From: Octopus sinensis
Taxonomy: Eukaryota
DNA length: 57,821 bases
Direction of reading: 5' to 3'
NCBI RefSeq assembly: GCF_006345805.1
Contig: NW_021833652.1
Location: 1 to 57,821 of the forward strand
The position numbers and the translations under genes were made by a program. This document shows, piece by piece, positions 22,368 through 34,436 of this stretch. Every line of letters starts with the position of its first letter. The first letter of the stretch is position 1. The notes below the pieces were generated by a model that was not told the origin of the DNA, ran no database searches, and saw only the letters and a list, made by a program, of their open reading frames with translations.

Positions 22368-24528
22368 TATGACCATAGGCATTTGGCATAGTGGCTAAGA
22401 GGGTATATCAGCCGAAATGTCATGCTAACAACAAGCAAGTTGAGTCCAAATATCCGTCAAACGTAAATAATGTAAATAATTCCTCATCTCTTAAATATAG
22501 AACTGTCTTATTGTTCTTTCCACACCATGTCATTATAAATAGTGATCTATCAACTTCTTCATTGTAAATGGGGATTTTACGATATTGTGATCCAACATTG
22601 CCACTACATTAGAGCATCTCATTGGATGTGGAAAATTAAAAAAATTTTTCAGTAAAATTTTCTATATTTTCCAATGAACCAGTTACTAAGGATTTTCACT
22701 CAGCAGATGACTATGAAGTTTTTCACATGGAAAACCTCATAGTTAAATTTGTTTTAACGGTTTTCCATTTGTAAGTCCATGTGTATAAGATGTCATTTCA
22801 CATTCAAACACTACTTTTTTGTGCAACCCTTTCATGCCTCTACAGCATCATCGACTTGCTAGAAATAGTAGCCATCTGCTCATTAATATTTTCATTTAAG
22901 TACTCAACTGTTTTTTTATGCTTTTGTCAGCTGCAGTACAGAATCCTCGTCATGATCTGCTCCTGTGTTGTATTTCAGTTTTTTGTCTGCTTTTTACTCC
23001 GTCATCCTTCAATTTGGCTATTTTCGTTCGAACTGCTGTTACGAAAATTTTTTTCTCTGCATTCAAAGTCATTTTCCTGTTTCTCATGGCTGGAGAATTG
23101 GGGAACTTCAATTTGTTTCAATTGTGTGGCAGTTTACATCCTGCATTTTCAGTCACTCTTTTTCAGCTATGTCTTCAGAGATTATAAGGAGGTTAAATCT
23201 CAGGCCAGTTAAATCTCATAAAAGTGTCTTGAAGTAACATCTCTTTACTGTACCTTAGCTCCGCATCTGTGTTCAACTCAATGCCCTGTTGTAGCTGCCA
23301 CTGCCACTTTTGGGATCTCCACACAGTACTGGATCTATTCGTGCCAATTTGAATTTGATGAACGCTTATCCAGTTTCTTTTCATCACCATCTTGGATTTC
23401 AGCACCTCATCATCATGATACCAGCCACAATTTTATTCAAACTGCTTACCTTGGGAGCCTCATGTCCCATTTTTTACTACCTTTCAACATATTTGTTCAC
23501 AGCAAGTTCAGCTAGTCATGATCAGTTTATCGTACCAATTCATATCTGTTGGCTTGTATCGCCTGTTTTTCTCATTGTCCTGAAGTCATTCCTCTCAAAG
23601 ATATTTCTTCACTTTCAATCGCGAAGGCACTTGTAGCTTGTTGGATTTTGCGTTTTGGAACTCAACTTTCCACCACTACAGATTGCAGTCAACTTTTTGA
23701 GTTGAACCGTTTTTCATCAGTTTTGACTTATATTTCTACATGTACTCTGATCTTATTGCCATTTGTTCATTTTTTTTTTTGTGTAACCTTCAAAATCGGT
23801 CTGATATTTCTTGTTTCAATTGTCTGCACCTATTTGTATGTACACTTTTTATATCACTTGAATATAAAGAAAATATAAAAACAAAATATTACATTTCTGC
23901 TTATATTTTTGCATTTTCTTTGTACATTCTGCTATATTTTTCTTCTGCCTACATCCTTTTTATCTTTGTCATACATTTTTCTGCAAATGATGTTCTTGCA
24001 GGGTTGTGTAGCGGAACTGTTTAATACATTCATTTTATGGTAATATTAGACATCTTATCAATTTGGCTGTTTTAACCTGGAGAACCAGCTTACCAGAGCT
24101 TTTCTTAGCATCAAGTCACATGACCCAGTTGTTGGCCAATTTAGCTGGTGGTATTGGTCCAATTGAGTGTTTGCAACAGAAGTTGTTCCCAACATGGGAA
24201 AAACCATTTTTGCCATGGTTATATAAACACAAGTTTCTCCTGCTCTTTGTCTTTGTACAGTATTTGGATCAGCTGTGGTCTTTGGACCAGCTGCTGATGA
24301 CCAGTGTCTTTATTATTGCAGTAACAGACAATGACCCAACAGAATTGAAGTCATTTGAGTGTTTGTTCCAGACTGTAGTATTAACATCAATCTTCTGTTA
24401 TTATAACAAGAAGAATAAATCATCAATTTTTGAACTTATTCAAATCTTATTGTTCTTTCCACATTATGTCATTATAAATGGTGATCTATCAACTTCCTTG
24501 TTATATATTGTGTGTGTGTGTGTGTGTG

Positions 24529-24569
<41 letters not shown>

Positions 24570-24571
<2 letters not shown>

Positions 24572-24750
24572 CTGAGACCCCCCTTCGGTCATGATTGACC
24601 ATGGGATTGCACCTAGAAAGTTAGCCTCCCAGGCACAAGTCCGGGCAAAGTTGTTTATGGGAGACCAGCAGTTACTCATGCATACCGGCCTCCCCTCTCC
24701 ACACCAGTGTTATCCTAGGGAAAAGCAAAGGCCGATACAGCATGGCACCT
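24570..24750 (-). mobile_element. Short interspersed repeat fragment (family unassigned)
   Basis: GC-richer block inserted next to a (TG)n/(TA)n tract; assigned from appearance only. Confidence 0.4.
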
Positions 24751-25399
24751 TTTTATTATCTTATATATGTATATATATAATGTTCACATTCAGTGAACAT
24801 TAAATACATACATCATACATAGTTCACACATAGAAGACACATGCCACCATGATGAACTCTCAACACACAAGCATATGAACATTACAGAAACCCAAAATAT
24901 AATATAAACAGACTCTTCATTCTACACAATTTTTTCCAAAAGTCAAACCCAAGGGAGATAATCACTCAAAAAGTGTCATATATGAGTAGGACCCCCTGAT
25001 TTTTTTTTTATTATGAAAGTTTCTTGTGAATTTACATGGATTTTTGTGTTTTAATCCAAAATGAAAACAAACACTATTCTTCCATGTGATTGACTTGAAT
25101 AATTGTTAAGATATTTTCTAAACATGAAACCAATGGTAGCCTTAATGCACAAATATATATATAGATTTATTTCTTAAATGATCTTTTAAAGTTTACTACA
25201 AAACAAAAAACAAATAAAAACAAAACTAATTCTATTCAATAACAACATTTTGCAGGTTCTTTCTCGATTATTATTTATTTTGTTTCATTCTCAGTCACTC
25301 ATATTTCTGAATTTTAAATTCAACTAAATACTGTTTTGCTGTGTCATCTCAATTATAATTCATCTTCTTTCAGCTGTGTCTTTGAAATTGTTTTTAATT

Positions 25400-25426
25400 G
25401 TATTTTTTTCTTCTTTTCAGGTAAGC
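25400..25426 (+). other. Juxtaposed splice acceptor and donor (Y-tract CAG|GTAAGC)
   Basis: tatttttttcttcttttcag|gtaagc at 25420/25421. Confidence 0.4.
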
Positions 25427-26559
25427 GTTATGAATAATTTCAACAGTTGGTAAGATATTTAATAGAAACACTTGTGAATTTTCTTGATTATTTTGGTTGT
25501 TATAGCTTTAATTAAATATACCCTCATGTTGAATTTTTCATTTCAAATTACTTCCATTTGTTTTAGCTACAGCTGACCTCAAAAAGACAAGAGTTTCATA
25601 TTCTTACTTTGTCTAAAAATATCAAGATAAAAAATAATGTGGTTCCCAAACTATTTGGGACTGCCACTCTCTTAGCAACCACATCACACTCCTAGCATCC
25701 CATCCACAACACCACAAACATAGCCCTCTTTCTAATACAAATTCAAAACAACTGTATTTCACAAATAAAACTTAACATAATTATCTTGTTTTCACAATAT
25801 GACTAAATTTTTATATATATATTTTTAGAGAAAAGATTTCATACTTCCACTTCTTCATTATTTCAATTTTTATGATTAAAATCCCAGAAACAAAAAAAAA
25901 AAAGAGAAATTCTGGTTCATTCATGATGGTTTTCTAAGTTTTTTTCTGTAAGAATGCAGCTTATAAGTATCTTAAAATGTGGAATATTACCTGTTGAAGA
26001 AATGATAAGGGGATGGGTAGATGTCTAAAAAAGCACAGATAAGTTTTATAGAAAGTCCACTTGCAAGTGGTTTGAAATGTGGGTTACTATAAAATGTAGA
26101 AAAATCCTGAAAAAAGAAAGAGAAATTTTAATTTATGTAAGACAGCTATTCTAAAAGTCCTAAATTAAATGTCTTTTTTTTTCAACAACAATTCATAATG
26201 ATAGAGCACCTAAAACATAAATTTGCAAAAATTGTGGAAAACACTGAAAAACAGAAATAATCAGAGAGCTCCAACTCTACTACAATAAGGAATACTCCAC
26301 CAATTCTAAAAAAATAATGATTATAGTAATTTAAATTTAAAATAGCTGTTATTTTAATCAATGCGTAAGTCTACTAAGTTAGGCCTATTTTTTAAAACAA
26401 ATGTACGAAGACAAATTCAGATAAATATTACATTCATATAATGCATTAAAATAATTGTACAATTCTTTACTTAGAACAAATATCAAAATACCAAATTATG
26501 GAAGATATGAAGACTTTCTTAACTAAATTCTAGGGCTAAAACTACATACTCAATCAATT

Positions 26560-27560
26560 AGATACAAAAACACTAAGAACAACAAAACATAACACCTCAA
26601 CTCAAAACACACAACCCCAGAAATGGTGAGGCATTCAACACTATTGTGCAAACTCTTCCTTCACTAACTAGAGATCTAAAAATGAACGACATCCTGAAAA
26701 CACACAAACTCATCAAATGCAAAAAACAAGACAAATCACTAAAGAGACTACTAACAAATGCAAAGCCAACAACCATGAAACCAACGGTTGAAAAATGTGG
26801 ATGCCCAAACTGTGGAACCTGCCCCAACCTACTTGAAGGCTCAGATTTCCTTTTCAAACAAGTTCAGAGGTTCACAATTAAAACTAGTTTCACTTGTGCC
26901 TCTGAGAACCTAATTTATGTAATAACCTGCTCGGGTTGCGGACACCACTATATTGGACAAACATGTATGACCTTGAGAAAGAGAACCACTCTACATAAAG
27001 AACAAATCCATTTTCCACAATACAGACAAATTCCTCTCAGTGAACATATAGAAAAATGTGCAGGTAACATCAAACCAAATTTCACAGTCTTCCCTTTCTA
27101 CCAGTGCAAAGACGCAATCTCTCAGCTAGAATGTGTAAATAAAGAAACATTTTTCATTGAAAAATACAAAACACGTCTTAATATGCACGCATAACCAACT
27201 TTTATCTTTTTACATATTTCAATTCACGATTTCATCACTGTACATAAATCCCCTACTAAACAAGGTTTTTGAAACTTGTCTCTGTCTGTACACATATATA
27301 ATCTCCATCCATTACCGAAAGCTGAACAATTATCTCCCTTACCCACAGCAATAACAATAATAACAACCAATTACCGCCCTTTATTTATCTACTTGTGAAG
27401 TCATTCACTCGTGAATTTCATCACACACAACGTGGACAAAATTTCTTCTTAAGAAAAAATATATATTCAAATAATTAAAACATAATATCATGAATAGCGA
27501 TAGCAAAACCAGCCGATATATTAAAGATTATATTAAAACTATCTAAGTGTGCGTATTTTC
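26560..27560 (+). mobile_element. Penelope-like element #3 (Neptune-like), 3' fragment
   Basis: CxxxxCxxC linker followed by GIY-YIG; boundaries approximate. Confidence 0.8.
26646..27194 (+). pseudogene. PLE C-terminus: Cys linker + GIY-YIG endonuclease
   Basis: KCGCPNCGTC; FTCASENLIYVITCSGCGHHYIGQT..LRKR..LH..E.FFI..Y..LN. Confidence 0.88.
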
Positions 27561-27671
27561 CTCTTTTTAATTTCTTATATATATATATTGATACAAGAAT
27601 ATATAACAATCACAGATAAGAAAATAAGAGAAAGTACTAAACCATGAGGGTATCAAGAAAGTACTAAACTA

Positions 27672-28345
27672 TGAGGGTTGGCTGAGAAGTTCATAGGCTG
27701 ACCAAGATACTCTCATAGAATGTTACCAAATGTGGTTTACTCTTCAGCATAGTCCCCCTTGTGGTTCACACACTTCTTCAATCAGTGTTGCAGTGCTTGG
27801 ATCCTATTGGTGAAGAAGCTTTCATCTTGTTGGTTAAGAAAGTCTTCAACAGCAAATAGGTCATTATCACTATGTCCTGGCCAAGTGCTTTCTTCATTTT
27901 GAGGAACAGATGATAGATGGGGGCTATATCAGAAGAATAGTCACTTTTATCATGTGGTAAACATGATCAGTGTTTTCATTAATGATGGCAGTTGCAGGAC
28001 ATTCAGACCTTGGGTCATCTTCAAGACTCTCCCTTTTCTTAAATTCAGCTACCCATTTTCGCTCTGTTGGGATGTCATCCCCTAATGTAGCAACCATGTG
28101 AGTATGAATGTTGTTGGAGGCTAAAGCCTTTTTCTGGAGGTACTTGATGACACCTCAACACTAAATTTTGTCCATTTTCAAGGGAAGTTGCTACTAGTTA
28201 CTTTTGGAGTCTTCTTTGAACAGTCAGTTACCTGGAAATAAACACCACAGTTATTGATAAGAAGAACTGAAATTAATGTATGCAATATTTCACAGCTCTA
28301 GCATCACTTCTTCATCATCAGCTTATGAACTTTTCAACCCATTGC
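27672..28345 (-). mobile_element. Mariner remnant (deleted)
   Basis: TIR-like gagggttggctgagaagttcataggctga vs tcagcttatgaacttttcaaccc; minus strand MDKI..GVIKYLQKK..IH.HMVATLGDD. Confidence 0.8.
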
Positions 28346-29598
28346 CTGATCAATTGCTATAACAGTAGAAATAGTTAGAATACAGACAACATTAATGATC
28401 ATGAGGAAAAAATATCGTGTGGGTGGTAGGGGAAGTACAATGGACATAGGTAATAAAACATGAGTGAAGTGTAAGCCAACCAGAACTATTTCTGGTGACT
28501 TTAGAATCCAACATCCCAATACATGAAAGAAACTAAAATATGATATAAAACTATTTATTTAAGATGCTAATATGTTGAACAATTGTTGAGTTGATAATGA
28601 AATAGTATGGAATTAAAATAGACTCTGGAAAAAGAAAGAATGGTCGAAATAAGGAATAAAGTATGAGAAGTAAAGAGTAAATACTTTATTTTTAGCTAGT
28701 TATTTCTAAGATTAGATATTAGAAATCACTGTAAAGAGAACAGTAGCAGTGGGGATTAAGGTATGAAAAGTAAAGGGTAAATGTTTAATACATAGCTAGT
28801 TATTAGAAATCAGTGTATTGAATAGGTATAGAGATGGTAAATTATACGGAATTAAGTAAAGCTGTTAAATCCTATTAGAGGGTAAAAAGCATTCTGAATA
28901 AGGAGTATAGATAAATTGCAAAAGTCAGAATAAAGCAAGGTAAAATAAAATAATATAGAGTGTTGTTAGTGTCATATGAATTTATAAACCTTCAAGTGAC
29001 CGTAGGAGGATTACTTCCTAGACTCACCTCTGAAGTACACAGAAAGCCCTAAGCAAAAGTATTCAAACAGAATAATAGGTCAAAGGCTATCCATTAGCCG
29101 CAGCAGCACTCAGTTCCCTTAATTCAAAGGGGCTACCCAACCCAACATCTAGTCTTCATAATCTAAAGCACTATGTGGACTATGGGAACCACCTTCGAAA
29201 ATGAGTAATGCAGATCTGAAGAAGTGCCGTTCAGATGTTTAAAACTACAAATATTACATAAATTTTTATTAGGAACTTTTGTGTGAACTGGTGTTGAAAA
29301 TAGAGTTGGTACAGAAACAATTGTAACTGTTCATTGACCCTTTAACATTCATATTACTCAGTTAACTGTAATGTTTATGTATTCACATCATTTAAAATTA
29401 ATCATACATTATTTCATAGCTTTGAGATTTCAATGATGTGATTGCTTGTTTGTAAAATGACACTGTAGGGCAGGTGTGAAAGGCCAGCTCTGAAGATTGG
29501 GCCAGATATGGTCAGTTTAATTGCTAAAGAGTGAAAGATATGATAAACTCTTCCTTTGTTTTCTTATTTGGATCATATATATATATATATATATATAA

Positions 29599-29949
29599 TT
29601 ACGGAGATGTACTTGCATAGTGAGTGACTTGATCTGAGATCGTGTGCTGGAACGAAAACAATTGCAGCGTGGAAAGTGTTTATAAACCATTTAAGAAACA
29701 CACAAAAACTGTTAGATTCACTTCAACATTTAAATTTAATTTGTCAAAATATTTTCGTTGCTTTGAGACCGCGACCTGTTCACTGACAAAACTTCGTGCT
29801 GCATCTCGAAGCACAAAGTTTTGTCAGTGAACAGGTCACGGTCTCAAAGCGACGAAAATATTTTGACAAATTAAATTTAAATGTTGAAGTGAATCTAATG
29901 GTTTTTGTGTGTTTCTTAAATGGCTTATAAACGCCTTCCACGCTGCAAT
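29599..29949. mobile_element. Fold-back hammerhead element, family A copy 2
   Basis: Tail 29599..29660; arms 29661..29799 and 29811..29949. Confidence 0.85.
29820..29870 (+). ncRNA. Candidate G3:C8 hammerhead (plus arm); mirror copy on minus strand at 29740..29790
   Basis: UUUGUCA-GUGAACA-G-GUCAC..GCGAC-GAAA-AUAU-UU-UGACAAA; each arm has one CpG-type stem II mismatch. Confidence 0.62.
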
Positions 29950-29977
29950 AATAATAATATAAATGATATGTATATAA

Positions 29978-30420
29978 ATATATGCATATATGGGTACAAG
30001 ACATCACCAACAGTAAACAACATGAAATATGAAAACAATTGAGTTAAATATGCAAATAATGAGAGAAAAAATGGAGTCTATCTACTCCCCATTTCAAGCA
30101 ATCAATGACAAAGTGAGTCTTTGAAGACAGTTGCTCCCATAGATACCAAAATAATATTTTGGATTTTATGGAGGGTCAAAGTTAGAAACAAAAACAGTAC
30201 AGAGGATACATACAGAGATTGCTCAAAATGGGGAGTAGATCGACAGCCAACAAGTGATAAAGTGTCATTCTTTGTATTACTTGTCTTGCTTTCCACTTTT
30301 TCTCTCGTTATTTGTGTATTTAACTCATTTGTTTTCGTATTTCATGTTGTTTACTGTTGGTGATGTCCTGTACCCATATATGCATATATCTATATTATTA
30401 TTTAATTGAACGCCATGCAT
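29978..30420. mobile_element. Fold-back element family D (no recognisable hammerhead)
   Basis: Arms 29978..30070 and 30297..30389; tail 30390..30420. Confidence 0.75.
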
Positions 30421-30714
30421 TTGTTTCCAAGGAAGTTTATCTTGAACTTTTTGATACGACTCTACTCTATACTGTTTTCTCCCTTTCACCATTTTCTATC
30501 TGTCTCTCTCTCCCTCTCTTTCTCTTTTTCTCTCTCGCACATTGCTCACATGTGACCATTGTCCATCTTTCTTTTCCTCACATGACCATCTTTCTTTCCT
30601 GCACAGACATTCTAAGGACTGGATGTCTTCTATCTTTCTCTTCTATCTTTTCTTTTTTGAAAGAAAATATTTCTCTCAGTATTCACTATTTTCCTCTCAT
30701 TCAAGTCTAACAAC

Positions 30715-31050
30715 CCTCAATGTTTGTTTTCATTCGGTTTCCCTGTATGTCTCCACTGTCCTGTTTTTGCTCTTAACTTTGACCCTCCATAAAATCCAAA
30801 GTTTTATTTTGGTATTTATGGGAGCAACTGTCTTTGAAGACTCATATTGTCGTCGATTGCTCGAAATGGGGAGAAGGTAGACCACCGACAACTGATGAAG
30901 GGTCGTTCTTTGTATTACTTGTTTTGTTTTCCATTTTTCTCTCATTGTTTGTGTATTTAACTCATTTGTTTTCATATTGCATGTTGTTTACTATTGGTAC
31001 ACATATATATATATTATTTATATTATTATTTAATTGAACACCATGCATCC
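30715..31050 (+). mobile_element. Family D direct copy
   Basis: Shares body and the tail tattattatttaattgaac(a/g)ccatgcat with 29978..30420. Confidence 0.75.
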
Positions 31051-31054
31051 ATTC

Positions 31055-34000
31055 CTAAATGGAGTCATACCCAATGACTAGCGTAGCAGCACCATAGTCA
31101 ACTGCTACAAGGGTAAAGGTGATGCTCTAGATAGAAATAACTACAGGGGTATTAAACTACTGGATCAGGTGATGAAGGTTACAGAGAGGGTCATAGTCAA
31201 TCTCATTAGGGAGAGAGTCTGCTTAGATGAGATGCAGTTTGGTTTTGTTCCGAGTAGAAGCACCACTGATGACATATTCCTGGTTCGACAACCTAGCTAA
31301 AGATATACCCCTCTACTTAGCTTTTGTGGACTTGGAGAAAGCCTTTGACAGGGTCCCCCAATCCCTTGTGTGGTGGGAAATGCAGAAACTGGAGATTGAC
31401 AAATGGTTGATAAGGGCTGTACAGGCCCTATACAGAGAGGCTGTTATTAAGGTTAGAATTGGCAACGAGTATAATGAAGAATTCCGGGTAGAAGTAGGGG
31501 TTCACCAAGGTTCAGCCCTCAGTCCCCTTTTATTCATCAGAGTCCTCCAGGTAATAACAGAGGAATTCAAGATGGGTTGCCCCTGGGAGCTCCTCTATGC
31601 TGATGAGCTGGCCCTCATAGCAGAATCACTACCGGAACTAGAAAAGAAATTTCAGTTGTGGAAGCTAGGTTTAGAATCAAATGGCCTTAGACTCAATGTA
31701 GCAAAGACCAAAGCTCTAGTAAGAAGGAAGGCGAACTCATCACACACGCCCTCAGGTAGGTGGCCCTGCTCGATCAGCAGAAGAAGTGTAGGTAGAAACT
31801 TCATAAGATGTACCCAGTGTAAGCTATGGACACATAGGAGATGCAGCAACATCAAAGGAAAATTAACCGAGAATATAGCTTTCGTGTGCGGCAGATGCAC
31901 AGAGGCAATAGATACCATTAACCCTTTCGTTACCAAACCGCCCAAAGCCGCCCGAAAAAAATTTTGGTTAATGTGACCAAACCACCCAAAGCCGCCCGAA
32001 TTTACCTATTCATATTTAAATGAGAATATCAGAGCAAATCTCTTTAGTACATTCGTGAAAACACGTGATTATGCTTCGTAAACAGTTCATCTACAGTTTT
32101 GTACAACGATCGACGTGTAATTTTAATTCCCTGAATTTTGGGAGATTTTTTTCCACATTTTTTTCGGCATCGATTTTTCTTCAACTTTGAAAATGGATAG
32201 GAGTTTCATGTTATCAAGCATTGATTCCGAATTGGAAAATTTGTGAAGCAAATACTGGGTACTGTTGTGGATTTAGTTTTTATACAGGGAAACTAATGTT
32301 AGTCAGCATGGCTTAGGGTATGATGTGGTCTGGAAGTTATTGTTTGAAGCGATCAATGCGGAAACAAACTTACGCAGAATGTAAACAAACACAAAATGGG
32401 GGTTCAAATTTTGGAAAATTTGTGAAGCAAATACTGGGTACTGCGTGGATTTAGTTTTTATACAGGGAAAATAATGTTAGTCAGCATGGCCTAGGGAACG
32501 ATGTGGTCTGGAATTTATCACTGCCATACCATAACCAGGGTTGTATATTATTTTTTGACCGATTTCTTTAGTTCAGTCAAACTTACAGTGGTTTCCAGTA
32601 TTTCACTTTATTCCACGTTTATGGTACACCTGTTGTGCATTAAATTCAACTGATGATATAGTGATGTGCACAATTCTTCTTTATCAAAATTTTGTTGCAT
32701 ACCCATTTGAATATTAGCTGATGATTCATTTTCTATGGTGATGTTTAAACAAAATTTTAATATTTTTACCTTTTGCTCAATTTACCTGGATTTACCTGTA
32801 ATTAAAGTCACTTTGAGACAAAAGTTATGCAATAGAATTGATTAAGAACCCTTTCTTTAATTATGTTCCAAATATCACATTAATATGTTGATAAAAGTTA
32901 CAGTTATTTAATGAAACAAGCCTAGATTCATGATTATTTTAGAATTTAATTGAAACTCATGAGGGGTGTATTTTGGTCAGAAATATAGTAACGAAAGGGT
33001 TAATACTCAGAAAACATTCCATTACTCTCCTGGGGGAGAAACTAGAAGTAGTTGATAGTTTCCGCTACCTAGGTGACCAAGTTAGTAGCGGGGGTGGATG
33101 CTCAGAGAGTGTTACCACTAGAATAAGAATAGCTTGGGCAAAGTTTAGGAAGCTTCTTCCCCTACTGGTGACAAAGGGTCTCTTGCTCAGAGTGAAAGGT
33201 AGATTGTATGACGCATGTTTGCGAACTGCCATGCTTCACGGCAGTGAAACATGGGCTGTGACTGCGGAGGACATGCGTAGGCTCCAAAGAAATGAAGCTA
33301 GCATGATCCACTGGATGTGTAATTGCAGTGTCTATGCACGACAGAGTGTAAGCGTCCTGAGAGAAATGTTAGGCATAAGAAGCATTGGATGCAGCATGCA
33401 GGAGAGACGTTTGCGTTGATATGGTCATGTACTACGTATGGATGAGGAGAGATGTGTGAAGAAGTGCCACTCCCAAACTGTTGAAGGAATCCGGGGTAGA
33501 GGTAGACCCAAGAAGACATGGGACGAGGTGGCCAAGTATGATCTTCAAATGTTGGGCCTCACAGAGGCAATGACGAAAGACCAAGATCTCTGGAGATATT
33601 CTGTGACTGCAAAGACCCGACAAATAATGTGAGTACATGGCTTTCCTGCACCAGTTTTGCATAGCCCCGGCCCATCCAAAGTACCTTGGACTGCAGAACG
33701 ACCTGCTGTGCTTACCTTAGATCGTAGGGTGACCTGCTGTGCTTGAGGAGAGCTATTGAGTCAAGTACATCAACATTAACATCAAAATAAATATCAAAGG
33801 GAAATTGTAGTTGTGATACCTGTATCGGTGGCATGTAAGAAGCACCATCTGAACATGGCTTATGCCAGCACCTCCTTGACTGGCTTCTGTGCTGGTGGCA
33901 CGTAAAAAGCACCAACCGATCGTGGCCACTGCCAGCCTCCCCTGGCACCTGTGCCGGTGGCATGTAAAAAGCACCCACTACACTCACAGAGTGGTTGGCA

Positions 34001-34135
34001 TTAGGAATGGCATCCAGCTGTAGAAACACTGTTAGATCAGACTGGAGCCTGGTGCAGCCTCCTGGCTTCCCAGACCCCAGTCGAACCATCCAACCTATGC
34101 TAGCACGGAAAATGTATGTTTAATGATGATGATGA
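31055..34135 (+). mobile_element. RTE-clade LINE, 5'-truncated and decayed, split by a MITE
   Basis: NCYKGKGDALDRNNYRGIKLL, AFVDLEKAFDRVP, GVHQGSALSPLLF, LLYADEL, VDSFRYLG; RTE 3' UTR and (GAT)n tail. Confidence 0.92.
31922..32999. mobile_element. piggyBac-type MITE (1078 bp) with TTAA TSD
   Basis: TTAA|CCCTTTCGTTAC...GTAACGAAAGGG|TTAA; internal about 105-bp direct repeat at about 32232 and 32411. Confidence 0.93.
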
Positions 34136-34234
34136 TGATGATTATGTGTGTGTTGTGTGTACACCCACACTGAAACACACATGTATGTACACGCATACTT
34201 TCACATGTACAAAAACATCATTTTTCCATGCTGA

Positions 34235-34436
34235 CATCATCATTTGTTTTCCATGCTGGCATGGGTTGGACAGTTTGACAAGAGCTGACCAGCTGAAGAG
34301 CTGTTCAGGCTCCATGTCTGTTCTGGCATGGTTTCTAAAACAGACATGGAACTTGAATATCTTTTCAGCTGGTTAGCTGCTGTCAAATCAGCTAACCTAT
34401 GTCAGCATGGAAAACGGATGTTAAATGATGATGATG
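34235..34436. mobile_element. Two RTE-type 3' tails in inverted orientation
   Basis: catcatcat..ttccatgctggcatggg..cagctgaa vs ttcagctgg..cagcatggaaaacgg..atgatgatg. Confidence 0.7.

Larger units (their letters stand above)
22125..22505. mobile_element. tRNA-headed, hammerhead-bearing fold-back element (family C) with 12-bp TSD
   Basis: TSD TCTTATTGTTCT at 22113..22124 and 22506..22517; arms 22125..22197 and 22399..22474; tail 22475..22505. Confidence 0.85.
21815..24500 (+). mobile_element. Highly decayed LTR retrotransposon (Gypsy-like)
   Basis: Direct repeats 21815..22561 (TG...CA) and 24007..about 24500; integrase-like PEVIPLKDISSLSIAKALVACWILRFG at about 23570..23660. Confidence 0.6.

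Noticed and set aside
27240-27535. Hammerhead remnants in the 3' region of PLE #3
   Set aside because: Only GAAAC or GATA fragments, with no pairable core or stem I.
28226-28245. Minus-strand CAG|GTAACT (second recursive-site candidate)
   Set aside because: Lies inside a mariner remnant with a weak pyrimidine tract; it shows such motifs can arise by chance.
29020-29230. Minus-strand exon ending AG|GTGAGT at about 29033
   Set aside because: Strong donor but no convincing acceptor or coding signal.
30826-30910. GAAA and CTGATGA motifs in family D
   Set aside because: They occur in the wrong order for type I, and no stem III/UH/stem I could be built for type II or III.
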